NCBI RefSeq assembly: GCF_001194135.2
Contig: NC_068981.1
Span: 55,725,031-55,789,030, forward strand
Source of the DNA: Octopus bimaculoides
Taxonomy: Eukaryota
Reading direction: 5' to 3'
DNA: 64,000 nt
Below the pieces are notes generated by a model that saw only the letters and a list, made by a program, of their open reading frames with translations, was not told the origin of the DNA and ran no database searches. Shown here in pieces: positions 11,917-24,503 of the stretch (positions are counted from its first letter, which is position 1; each line of letters begins with the position of its first letter). A program made the position numbers and the translations under genes.

Positions 11917-12039
11917 GGCATAATTAATATTAATGGTGACATGAAATGCTAAGATGGTTAAATATTCAGTACATATAAAAGATGCAATAGGACCTTGAAT
12001 AAACGAGAATATTGGACATTATCACATATCATTTGCAAA

Positions 12040-12500
12040 AAAAAAAATATTTTACCACGGATATCACCTAGTTATGGTTTTTGTCCTGTGTGGTTATGTT
12101 TGTGTTTAGTTAAATTATCACTTCTAGAAAATGTTTCCTTACATATATCACATCACTGTGATATGATCTTTCTTCAGTGTGAATATGTTTTTGTAATGAG
12201 AAATGAACACTTGGGAGAATGTTATATTAGATATCACAGAAGCATGGTTTCTATCCCAAGAAAATATGTAGCAGGAAAAGTTAAGCAATGTAGAAAATGT
12301 TTCATTACAGATACCTCAGTGATATGGTTATTCTTTTGAATAAGATGGTGTTACAAACAACCACTTTGAGATAATCTTTGATTACATACAACAAATTGGC
12401 CTGATCTTTATCCTGTGTGAATACGTACATGGCGAGATAAATTAAACTTTGTAGAAAACGTTTCATTACAGATATCACAGCAGTATGGTCTTTCTTGTGT
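12040..12500 (-). pseudogene. Decayed zinc-finger array 3' of the paralogue 2 stop (about 5 relic fingers)
   Basis: In shifted frames the minus strand reads [27 protein letters not shown] and [25 protein letters not shown], with broken fingers between them. Confidence 0.85.
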
Positions 12501-13383
12501 GGCAGGATAATTCAGCACTTCCAGAATATGTTTCATCACAGATATCAAAGCAGTATGGTTTCTCTTCAGAGTGACTACATTTGTGGGAAACTAGATTATG
12601 AGTCTCAGAGGATGTTTTGCTAGAGATATCACAATTATATGGCTTTTCTTTTGTGTGAATACGTTTGTGAGAAGACAAATCAGAACTTCTTGCAAATTTT
12701 TTTCCACAAATATCACAGTGGTATGGTTTTTCTCCAGTATGAATACGTTTGTGTTGAGTTAAGTTATCACTTCTAGAAAATGTATCACTACAGATATCAC
12801 AATAGTATGGCATTTCTCCTGTGTGAATACGTTTGTGTCGAGAGAAATGACTACTTTGAGAGAATGTTTTTCCACAGATATCACAATGGTATGGTCTTTC
12901 TCCAGTGTGAATGCGTATGTGGCAAGATAAATGACGCTTTGTAGAAAATGTTTCCTCACAAATATTACACTGATATGGTCTTTCTCCTGTATGAATAAGT
13001 TTGTGGGTCAATAAATCACAACTTCCTGAATACATTTTACCACAGATATCACAACTGTATGGTTTCTCCCCACTATGGATGCGTTTGTGGGTAGATAGAT
13101 TGTCCTTTCGAGAGAAATTTTTACCACAGATATCACAGTTGTATGGTTTTTCACCTGTGTGAATACGTTTGTGAGAATTTAAACTACCACTCCGAGAGAA
13201 TGTTTTACCACAGATATCACACTGATGTAGTTTTTTGCTTGTATTAACACATCTATGGCAAAATAACAAATTGCCTGTACTGAATAACTTTCCACATATA
13301 TCACAAGGGTGAGGTTTCACTTCTCTGTTTTCAGGTGCCTTATTATATGAATCAATATTTTCAGGCTCTGCTTTTCCATCCAT
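12475..13383 (-). CDS. C2H2 zinc-finger protein, paralogue 2 (302 aa from the ATG at 13383; 7 canonical fingers, degenerate first and last fingers, frameshifted C-terminus)
   Basis: MDGKAEPE...[14 protein letters not shown] aligns with paralogue 1 MDEKSEHE...[14 protein letters not shown]. The ORF-track start at 13392 is a GTG. Acceptor tttttattacag|gttatcag puts the exon start at 13848. Confidence 0.88.
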   Translation of the reverse strand: MDGKAEPENIDSYNKAPENREVKPHPCDICGKLFSTGNLLFCHRCVNTSKKLHQCDICGKTFSRSGSLNSHKRIHTGEKPYNCDICGKNFSRKDNLSTHKRIHSGEKPYSCDICGKMYSGSCDLLTHKLIHTGERPYQCNICEETFSTKRHLSCHIRIHTGERPYHCDICGKTFSQSSHFSRHKRIHTGEMPYYCDICSDTFSRSDNLTQHKRIHTGEKPYHCDICGKKFARSSDLSSHKRIHTKEKPYNCDISSKTSSETHNLVSHKCSHSEEKPYCFDICDETYSGSAELSCHTRKTILL

Positions 13384-15309
13384 AGCTTTCACTTTTAATT
13401 GACACTTTCTCTGTATGACAGTCTTTGTTAAAGTCTGATGATGTCTTGGCTCTTAAGAAAGAATTTCTGAGCTTATTGGGATAAAATCATATGCTTAAAA
13501 ACAAGCAGCAAAAGGCTAACAAAACTCGTTTAATTAATAAGATATAATGCTTATACATTAGTCAAAATATATTGTGAATATTCCAATTTAATATGTACAT
13601 AAAATTTTCCAGTGAACATTTGTACTCCTTTCTTGTATGTGTTCCAACCCAGAGGCTGTGGCAATGACATTATACAGTAATTTCTATAAATAATCTCAAT
13701 TTAAAAAAAAATATATTTCACATCAATTCAACCAAGAATTGTAGCAACGGATGACATCAGCTTGATGAAGTTATTTTTAGAGTTGAAAAGTTGTTAAACA
13801 TTGTTGATTAATCTTCAGTGAAATATTTTAATCTTATCATCTGATAACCTGTAATAAAAAACAATATAAGATATGAGACAATGAAGTAATAACATGAACA
13901 GTACTGGGGAGAAGATATTTCATGTGTACTTAAAGTTGAAAAGCTAGGAAGAATTAGTACATATTTACAGAAAAAAGGCACTGATATAGAGAGGTAGTGG
14001 AAATATGATGGAACGGGACGACTAGGATTATGATTATTGATCTTGGATTAAAGATCTTCAAGGAAGAATACTGGTTACAAAATAAGTCTCGGAGTGGTTG
14101 GCATTAGGAAGGGCATCCAGCTCTAGAAACTTTGCTAGATGAGATTGAGCCTGGTGCAGCTTCTGGCTCACCAGTCCTCAGTCAAACCGTCCAACCCATG
14201 CCAGCATAGAAAGGGGACGTTAAACGATGATGATGATACACATATATATATATATATATATATGTGCGTGTGTGTAAATATAGACCTGTGAATACTCTAC
14301 TACTTTCATACATAGATATGTGTGTGTGTGCGTTTATCTTTGTGCTTGTCCCCCAACACCACTTGAGAACTGGGTTGGTTTGTTTACATCACTTAACTTA
14401 GTGGTTTGGGAAAAGAGACCGATAGAATAAGTTCCAGGATTAAGAAGAAAATAAACACTGGGATCGATAAGTTTGATTAAAAATTCCAAGGTGCTGCCCC
14501 AACATGGCCACAGGCTTATGACTGAAACAAGGTAAAAAAAATGTTTAAAAAAATATAACTTGAAAATTATGGAGAAGGGAGTTACATCAGAGTAAATACA
14601 GCCAGTTATCAGATTGGTTTTAGACCAGGGCTGTCCTTGATACTTTCTTGAAATGGGTTTATTTAAACAAACATTTAAAAATTTTTATCAAAAATCAAAG
14701 ATTGTAATGGAAAGTAAAAAAGAAAGATACTACTGTTTTTGCAACGATAACATTTCATGTTGAATCAACGATCATTCATTCATTATTATAAATAATAGCA
14801 TGAGAAAGCAAAATGCTTTCAATTCTGTCAGCAGTGCATAAATTATACAAGCAGCCCTCAAAAAACCTTCTGTGAGTAAAGTGGCTCGCAATGGAATTCG
14901 AGTTGGCCAGGCCTGTTTTAGACTAATGCAGATGCATTAACAAAATTCCTTATTGATGAAATCGTACAGCCTTCAGTATTGGTTAATATGGGTTTTAACT
15001 ATGTTGTTTCTATTTAAAGAATTTAATAAATGAACAGCCAAATCTATTGCACATGCATAAAAATGTATTATTCAAAGCTAACAATCGCCAGATTGTATAC
15101 ACTTGCCATATTATCTATGGTGCTTTGTTTTTCAACCATGTTCATAAAATCATCATTATCCGCATGTTTCTCTTTTTACCCAGTGACTCACCAACTCCTC
15201 TTAACCCATTGAACCTGCAAAAATGCTTTAGCGAGCAGGATTCGTTTCTTTATCACAGTATCGACCAGGTCATCAGAGCCTATTATACGCCGCTGGTTAC
15301 AATACGCTT

Positions 15310-15985
15310 CCAGTTATCTTGACTGCGCCATTCTTTTCCATCTTGACCCAATCGTCTGCCCATCGTTGTAGAGGTCATCTAAGTGGCCTTTTCCGATCTC
15401 TCGGAAACCACTCGACAACTGCATGAGTCCACCTGTTGTTTGTGAACCGTGAACCGGCCCAGCGGAAATTGTGCTTCCGGTATTCAACGAGCACATCATT
15501 CATTTCGCTCGATTCACGAATTATCTCACTTTGAATATGCTCTCTTAATGACATTCTAGCGTGGATCTTTTCATGGCCCTTTGTGTCGTAGCCAGTCGAT
15601 GTTCTATCCTTTTTCTAGTAGCCCACGTCTTACTTGCATATAAGAGCGGAAGTTGGATAGTGCTATTGAAAAGTCTGACGCGTATGGCATTATCTAGCTT
15701 TGTTTGGAGTATTTCCTTTATTGAGTTAAATGCCTCACATCCTGCCCTTATTCTCTTTGGGATTTCTGCATCCATTTCTCGGCGCATATTGATTGTGTGC
15801 CCTACGTAGACGTACTCTTTTACCTTCTCGATTTCATCGCTTCCAGCCTCTATTTGGCCTTCGTCTATTGACTGCAGTTCATTTTAAATTATGAGTGTTC
15901 AGCTGTCAGCGTAGTCTACAGCTGGTCTGTGGCTCCAGCGATGTACAGTACAATGTCATCAACGAATCGAAGGTGTGTCAGTTTG
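15310..15985 (-). mobile_element. Second RTE-type LINE family, RT C-terminal fragment without PHD insert
   Basis: KLTHLRFVDDIV...EKVKEYVYVG...KRIRAGCEAFNSIKEIL...LLYASKTWA...RWAG. Confidence 0.8.
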
Positions 15986-16649
15986 ATTATACTCTTGGAA
16001 AATGAAAACGCAGGCGGCCACGTGGTTTTGTGTTTACGACTGAAAATAACGATGTTGCTGCCAATTATCACGCCGTAAACATAAAACCACATGGCTGCTT
16101 ACATTTGCGTTTTCCAGGCATATGGTCAAACGAAATTGTTCGCTTAAGTGTACTCGCGGGTTCAAAATTAAATTTATCATTGTGATTTAAGCAGGTTAAA
16201 ACGGTATCTTGATCTAGCAAAAATATTAATATATATATTGTTTTGTTAATATATTTTCAAAAGCAAAATAGTGTTTGTTCTGATATTTTAGCTCGATATG
16301 AGAGTAAAGTTGAATACTCAAAATATTCACTGGATTACTCTTTGACGAATGTACGATTTACGTTTATGAAAATAACGTAACACCATGGATAACGAAAAAC
16401 TTAGCCTTTCTGGACAGAGAATAAAAACTTAGAGAAAGAGTTAACTTGGATCAAAAATAATGAGGTAGGGGGTTGAAAGCATTTGAAAATATCGAATAAA
16501 ATACCTACCCTGAAAAATAATTAACTAGAGAGTTTAAATTAAAGAGAATAGAGAAAAGTAAAAATGGATGAGAAAGCAGGAATGGTGAACATGAAGTAAT
16601 GTATCAACAAAAGAGATGGTTGTTTCCTATCGGACTGAAAGATGTCTAT

Positions 16650-16945
16650 AATATACTAATGATACTCACATAATAATATAGTTTAGAAGATGAAAATAGC
16701 TAACTGATAAGTACATTATTAGATTGATTTATCAGTTCTTTCAAATATGTCTATTTTTTTTTTCTGGTTAATGAACTATCTCTTAACTTAACAACAGTAA
16801 ATATTATAACTAAAACAAACTGTAAAGAAATAATAATATACCAACAATGCTCATAGATAGACTCAGTAGCTAAGAATGACATAATGGATGTAATTGATTA
16901 TAAGTAAAGAACTCCCCTCCAATCAGTAGAGAGTGCTAAAACGCT
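16650..16945. promoter_or_regulatory. Conserved upstream block of zinc-finger paralogue 2 with CCAAT box (16919-16923)
   Basis: Homologous to 7490-7830. Confidence 0.5.
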
Positions 16946-19279
16946 ACGTTTTTTGTATGTTAGAGACGGTCCATCCTTGCAAGTACATTGTAAATGTGTC
17001 CTTCCTTATTGTAGTTTAATCTTGTCAACCCTGACCCTACAGGTTGGTGTTAGTTTATGTGCTTCCCTTTGTTCGATATGTTCCCCTTCTTGAAACGGTT
17101 TACGTCGAATCTGCATTTGCCTTCAATAAGGTCATTCAAACTGTTAAAAATAGCAGTCAACTGTCAATTGGTGTTAACGATCAAGTTACGTAAAGCAGTT
17201 ATAAGAAAGTTATAAAACTGAAATTATTTCAATGCTACAACTTACAAGACGACTCCTTTTACAAAAAGTGTAATGTAACTTTTTGTAAAATGTTACAAAT
17301 TCAAAAATTGATCCTCAAAATTGAAAAAGAAACCTTCATCGAATCTGATTCCGTGAATTCGGAAAGCCGTTCTCGATGACATAACGGCTTCTTTTATTCA
17401 CACGCTTACCTTTTTCTCGTGACTTCACCATGGATTGCTTTTCAGTCAACGAGTAAATTAAATACCTTAGGTGATTAACGACTCGATCATATTTTAAATC
17501 GCCTAAACTATTATTGGCCATCCGTATATAAAACCAAATTGAAGAATCCATTTCTCCATCATGGGATGTGAGTGTTACTTTCAACGGGAATGAAATGAGT
17601 CAAAGGGAGTATTTACGTAGTCGCTCGATCTCTTAGAAATAGAAGCCAAATCGCAATTTACTGTCTTAGGAAAGGAAACATTGGATAGTATGTGCCTGAG
17701 TTCCTTACAAAGTAAAAGACGTGATGATTACAGATGGAATGTCTATTCGGTCAGGGATGATCTGGAGTTACATAATAACAAAAGATACGAAAACATGAAA
17801 ACGTTTATTCATTTTTCGTTAGATTCAAGTTCATAACATACAATGAGTCACTGCTCCCTCTTATTCACCCTACGTGTTTTTTGCGATGCACAAAGATCAT
17901 TTACTTTCAGCAATAACTAAGAGCCCACCTATTTTTGCAGGATTCTGTTAGAATATTCTAGTAGAATTTATTAATTTCACTTAACGATTGCACAATCATG
18001 TTTGATCAATTATTGAGACAATCAGTCAGCACCTAAACACCGCAGATGGGTCACACAAAGAATTCGCTAGAGTCTTAGCTACGATTTTTCTAACAATTCC
18101 TTGTTGAAAGCTCGCAGTAGGCTTTATATGCAGGTTTATGAGTATCTTCCTTTAATGAGATCTCAGTTTCGCACTGTACCAGCACCAGTAATAATCTATT
18201 AAGTTTCGGCTTTAGTATAAGTTATCTTTAAAATTGAGCTCGTTGTTCGGTTTCGAAGATGAAACCCACTCCCATCTGCATTCAGCTTTATTTTCCAAAA
18301 ATTTTGGTTAGCTGTCATACTGAAAATTACCTCACTTCGTTTTAGGTTTAATATACATCTAGGGGGAACTTTTGTCAACTGTGTTGACGGTTTTATTGAG
18401 ATGTGACCGTATGGGTATTTAGTATACAGAACAACCCCCAGTTATATTGTATAACTGTACTGGGTACTTTATTGCCATTATCCACGACTTGCAGATCCTA
18501 CTTATAATTTTCTCTCCCACCCTTTTCCCCTTGCTAGATGTGAGTAGCAATATCCTTGTCCCTAGTTTGAAGCTCACCCCTACCACCTCTCATAGTTTGC
18601 AGTTAGAACTGCATGGTGACCTCATAGTGCAGGTGGCACGAGAAAAAGTACCCAGACCACATTATAAAATGGTTGGCATTATAAAGGGCTTTCAGCCATA
18701 CAAACCATGCCAAAACAGACATTAGAGCTTGATGCAGTCCTTGAACACATCGGATCCTGTCAAACCACATGTAATTGATGCTAGCAGACATTAAATGATG
18801 ATGATTATATATATATATATATAAGAAAGAAAAGTTTGTATAATAAAATTTATGGTGATATTAGGATCATATTACAAATTAAATAAGTACCGGTTTCACG
18901 ATCAAACAATTGTCAAAGAAGCAATATGTTAAGGAGAGAAACTCCTATTTTTTCATGAGGCCCTTCAGTGTTTTTTGGCAAACATACAGTTACAGGAGTC
19001 ATTTCATTTTATACAGTTAATCATATACACATACATATAAGTAAGAACAGTAATTTATACCTAAAAATTGTGGTTGGCATACATATGTAACTTTCTTGTG
19101 TATGTTGAGATTCCATAATTGAATAAATAAGTCAGTGCAAGTAGAAAATGAACGATAAAACAATTGCCAAGATATGAATACTTTCTCCATAAGAGTCCTG
19201 TCGGACCTATCATGACTCAGGTTTGAATATGAATGGGTGTCCAGGAGTCAAGTAATTAAGTGACAATTAGTAATACAAT

Positions 19280-20690
19280 TAAAATGAATTGGTGTTTAGT
19301 TCAGGTTTGTATTTTTGGATGAAATATGTCTCTTTATTGAGTCGGGCTTGTGTAGATGTCCAGTCAGCAAATTTATAGAGGGAAAATAGTGAATTTAGGT
19401 TCTATTTGTTTCGTACATACATCGATATATTCACTGAGATAAATTTGGCGGTATTGTGGTGAGGCTATCTATTGACGATGCACCATACAACATTGACGGA
19501 TAGAATTCCCCGTGCTACTGATATAGTCTTTCTGGCAGCCCGAGCATCTGATTACGTAGATCAGATTTTCGGAGGCACAAGTGAAATTTGATTTAATTGT
19601 AAAGTGTTGCCCTTGTTTAAAATAGTATTCTGACCCTTCCAAAAGGTTGGGGCGATTACATTTTTTTACTTTGGGGCTTGTTGCGGAGGAGAATAATTTT
19701 GCATTAGTTAGCAGTTTCTTTAATGACTTAGGTTGTTTGTTGCTTTTGACAATTTTAATGTCACGTAAAATTCTTTTTAGTTTTGGGTTCTTGTGTAGTA
19801 TTGGTAGGTTGTATGATTGTGCTGAATGCTTCTTTGTTTCTGGGGTTGTATGTGAAAATGTAGGGCAGTTTTTTTAGGAGAGGTTTGTTAATGTCTTTGG
19901 TTTTTCTTAATGTCTCAGAGTTGATAGATTTGGCATGTTTTATCCCTTCATTAATGAGTTGGATTGGGTAGTGTCTATCCAGGAGGACATTTTTCAGTTC
20001 TTGTAGTCTTAAATCTCTAGTTTTTTCCTCTGAGACAATAGTGCAAGGTTGAAGGGGATGTTTGTTTTTGTGTGTCTAGGATGGCAAGAGCTAAAGAGAA
20101 GATATTGTTTTGCATCTGTTGTTTTATAAAATATATCTGTTTCAATTTTGTTTGTTTTTTAATTAGAATGTCTAAGAATGGAAGTGCCTCCTGGTTGTAT
20201 TCCATTGTGAATTGAATGCTTGTGTGGATATTGTTCAGAAATGTTTTAAATTCTAGGAGTTTAAGTTGTTATTCCAGAGTATGAAACAGTCATCCAGGTA
20301 TTTCTTCCAATTCTCTTTAATGTATTGGGCGAGAGGGTCTCCAAATTTTCGCAGTGAATTCTGATATATTTTTTCTCTAAGAATCCCATTGAGGTTGGCA
20401 ATGGTAGGTGCTGCTCTCATGCCCATCACAATTCCCGATATTTGGTGATAGTAGTTGTTGTCAATAATGAAATGATTATTCTGGAGAATGAATTTGATTG
20501 ATTCAATGATGAAGGTTTTGTTTATTCATTCTGGTATTTCCTCTGGATGTAGTTCTAGCCAGAATCGAATTGCCATTGGGTGCATAGACGAATAAATGTT
20601 TGGGAATTCCAACTCTAGAGCTGTCCATGAGAAAAAGTAGGATTGGGACACACTTATCAAATACGTTCTGGAATCAAAAATTTATCTACT
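19280..20690 (-). mobile_element. Penelope-like element (Neptune-type), degenerate RT and C-terminal GIY-YIG endonuclease
   Basis: YLDD at 20289-20300; IQFTMEYNQEALPFLDILIK; NFTCASENLIYVIRCSGCQKDYISSTG...HRQQI at about 19460-19600; ends KYKPELN. Confidence 0.85.
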
Positions 20691-23600
20691 GTCATCGAAA
20701 AAGTTTAACTGGAAAAATGCAGAATTACTGGAGTTATGGGCATTCAAAGTGTAATCAAATTTAATTGAAAACGCTGCATGCAATGCCAGCATTTAGTTAT
20801 TTGGAGATGTTGAAAAAATGTCTATTAATGTAATGTCTAAATTTTGGGTGATATAATTTCTCCAACATTAGAACATTAGAACTGCTAATAATGGGTACCA
20901 CTGGAAAGTAGTCTATTTTAGTTTGCTACTATTAGATTACTGAAAGAAAGACAGCAGAAATAAAATAAGAAAATCTCAAAAACAAAGATTTTTTTTCTTT
21001 AATTTTATTACAAAATTGAAATATGAATGGGGGAATAAAATGTGAGAAATTGCTTCCTATACATATTAGTATGACATGCATAGGTATCTATGGCAGACAA
21101 CACTGAACACCTAAGTCATAAGAACATGCCTCTTCCTCAGATGGTATTATATTAAGACATGAAAGGAAGACAGTGGCAAAATTCAAGAACAGTGCTAGAA
21201 AATATACATTCAGCATCATTTAAATGCTATATTATAAAGCCATATAGAACAAAAATTTGCCATTTGCTTTAGCCACGAAGTGTAGCACATCAGAGGTAAT
21301 AAATACAACATTTATCAGAAATATTGGAATCACTAAACAAGTTGTAAAACTAAAAAGATATTGTGAGCTTGATAAAAAGTTTAAGTAAAACTTAAAAATT
21401 CAATCAATGAATACAATAAAACTAAACCACTTTTGACACATCACAGTAAAATGTTCAAATAGCTGTTGAAAATGCTTACATTAACTTATTAACTATAAAA
21501 ATATTGGCTGAACAAGATAATTCTAAAACTATTAATTTAAATGATCAGAAGCTAAAACTAACAAATAAAACTAAATTTGTTTGTCTTTGAACATAATTAA
21601 AAAATGATTAAAGTAAAACTACTGAAAGCACATAAACTCTGTCAAGTCAGGAGTATAAAAGTATATCTTTCAAACGATCCCATGAAGGTGGGAATCCTGT
21701 AGTTTCAAATTAAACTTCTCAATATGAGTAATTATAAATTGCAGACAATAAAATCTTCAAAAGTTTAAAGAGAAAATAATTCCTAAACGAACCCAAATTT
21801 GCTCTGCTAAAATATTAACAGTTTTTTTTTTCCAAAAGAATTACACTTCCTCCATCACCAACAAAAAATGTGATATATTTCAAGTAGTTTAAAGGAGTTT
21901 AACTTTAATATACAATCAAAAAGATTTGATTGAATGTAAGAAAAAAAACTGAGAAAATGTCATACTTACAAACATCTGGTATTAGTATTATAATATTAAC
22001 TTTTATTATTAGCACACTTGTCAAAAAACAATTTGTAACTTAACATAATTTTTCTTACTTCTAGCAAAATTTGAATATAAATTGAACCTTGGATACCAAA
22101 ATGGCTATCCTATTAGAAACAATTTTAGTCTTAGAAAACTCTTTTATACATTTCAGAATGTTTCCAGACATTATTCTGGTTGAAAAAATAATTATATGTG
22201 AGATTCAAGTATATATCAAAATTAATTAAGAAAATTTAGATACATAGTGTTTAGATGTGGTTAATAGTGATTGGGATATACAATTCATGCACTAATATTG
22301 GTTGTTCCTTATTTGCTCTGAGTCAACTGATTACATTAATACTTGCAAAAAGTTTTAAAAGACCAGAATAAAAAGCACAGAAAGGTGAGTGTAAGGTTTT
22401 AGATTAGTATAATAGAAAGCACATTTCAATCAGATATAATACATCTAATAAATTTGAAGATAAAAAAACAAAAAAGCTACTTATGGTCCTGCTCCACTTG
22501 AAAATAAAATCTCTAGTCCTAGTAACCTATTTAATTCACTATATGAAAGCCTTATTTGTCTATTACATATAAAACCTGACAGTGCATTACTATGTTTTGA
22601 ATAGAGATGCTTCAAACTGAAGTTAGATTTCGAACTGTAGATTTTGAAAATAAACTATCTTCTAACAAATGAATTGAATTATAATAGCAAAATACTTTAA
22701 GTTATTAACTATATGGTGATTAATAAAGTAGAGTCAACAAGCTAAAGAGAAATATAGGAATAAAGATTATATCAACAACTTGTGGATAAATATTTCTAAA
22801 TATTTTGTTTTACTAATTTGAAAGAGAAATAGTTACTTTTCAAAAAGCTTTACTTTTAATGTTAAAATATATACTACAATTTAAATATGCTACACAAGAG
22901 AAAATGATATAGCCATAGCCCCGTTTCAGATAATGGGTTGTGTTCAGTATTGCCTTCTTTTGTGGATCAGTGCCATAGGGGCTGTAGCTAACTATTTACC
23001 CAGATATTGGTTAGTAATGAACCACCCAACTCTCAACAGAGAAAAGACCAACTGGATTGAAGTTACAAGAAAATTAATATTGAAGATGTAAGTTACTACT
23101 ATCTATATAATAAAAGTACCTAAGTAATAAAGAGAGTTAGGTAGATTTGTCTTTAATATTTATTGAGAATAAATACTGTATAAGAAGAAAAAAAAACTTT
23201 GTCTATTTCAATCACAGGTAAAATAAATTAAGTCTACAAACCTAGCCACTCCACAATCACAGTCAACTAATGTAAGACAAACCATCAGAAGTTTTACTTT
23301 ACCAAAACCTAAAGGTCAAAATAGCAGGGTGAATTATTCCAACTATATTGTTGAAGCAATGATCCACATGTCACTAACACAAAAGACTGATTTTTAATCT
23401 TGGTGTTATTTCCTTTCACTTATTGTTAATATTTCTAAATGCTTAATATAGTTAGTAGAATAATGTTGAATAAATGATGTCTACTGGTATGTAATGTAAT
23501 GAATGATGGTGTGAATCATACAATATAGAAACTAATCATAACAGTACAATAATCTCCTGTCTATATAATAGACTTTACAGAGATCAAGGCAGTTCAACAC

Positions 23601-24132
23601 ATAGCTACCTTCAGATAATCACTAGTTTGCCGTGCACCCTTCCATCAGAATCAAACTGATCTTACAACCAAGAGATGTTATGAAACTAAAAATAATGATT
23701 ATTAGAAAAGAAATCAGTACACACATATTACATATATTCCCAAAAAGGAAATTGCAAAGAATAATCAGGATAGCAAGGGGACACCACACAGGGTTATAGA
23801 AGGTGCTCAGTGCACCTAGCAGCTGCTACTGAACAACTAAGATGGCGCATGTAAAGGAAGATGGATATTTGTTCGACAACAATGAAGAGACCATTCAACT
23901 TAGAGTTCAATATTCAGCTCTAGCAAGTGTGAGAGCAACAAGAAATAAGAAAGTCCAGAATTAGTCTCTTGCGAAACTTAACAGCCAAAAACAACACTAA
24001 TGGTGAATGAAGTTAAATGATAATTGAAGTATGTGAGAATTTTTATGTACATCTGTTCTGAAGGTGCTGGTAGCTGTTGCCTGTCATTGCTGGATTAAAG
24101 CTGGGCTAAAAATCTTTCTTGTATCTCATATT

Positions 24133-24162
24133 TCACTCATCTACATACGGCAGCCAGAAAGC
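24133..24162 (-). CDS. WDR82: WDR82 exon 9 (last coding exon, 30 nt including TGA)
   Basis: attttcag| AFWLPYVDE*; the nine exons sum to 942 nt = 313 aa plus stop with consistent phases. Confidence 0.94.
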   Translation of the reverse strand, partial: AFWLPYVDE

Positions 24163-24469
24163 CTGAAAATACATTTAATGCACGAATATTTAAAAAAAAT
24201 ATTTATGAGAATTACCAACTGCGTATCAAACATAACTGCAAGCAATTAAAAGCAAATATCTCTGTGTTCATGTTTTATGTCTGGTTTTCCATACTGACAA
24301 TGGATTAGATCAAAAATTATTTAGACTATTTTCAGATATCCTTCCTCTTACCAATCCTATTCTGATTTTGAGGCACAGAAATTTCCCCCACTTTTTCCAT
24401 TGGGTTTGAAAATGCAGAGTTACAGGGCGTATTGTTTACATGGAATAGGAACATTCATGCATGCTCTCG

Positions 24470-24503
<34 letters not shown>

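Noticed and set aside
15192-15214. 23-nt minus-strand micro-exon with good AG and GTGAGT signals upstream of paralogue 2
   Set aside because: No counterpart recognised in paralogue 1 and no transcript evidence; may be chance.
17257-17290. 12-bp perfect inverted repeat TTTTACAAAAAG/CTTTTTGTAAAA
   Set aside because: Low-complexity AT-rich arms; plausible by chance in 64 kb.
19185-19235. Hammerhead at the 3' end of the Neptune-type element (minus strand GTCC-GACA-GGAC hairpin)
   Set aside because: No intact CTGATGA and no GAAA after the stem.
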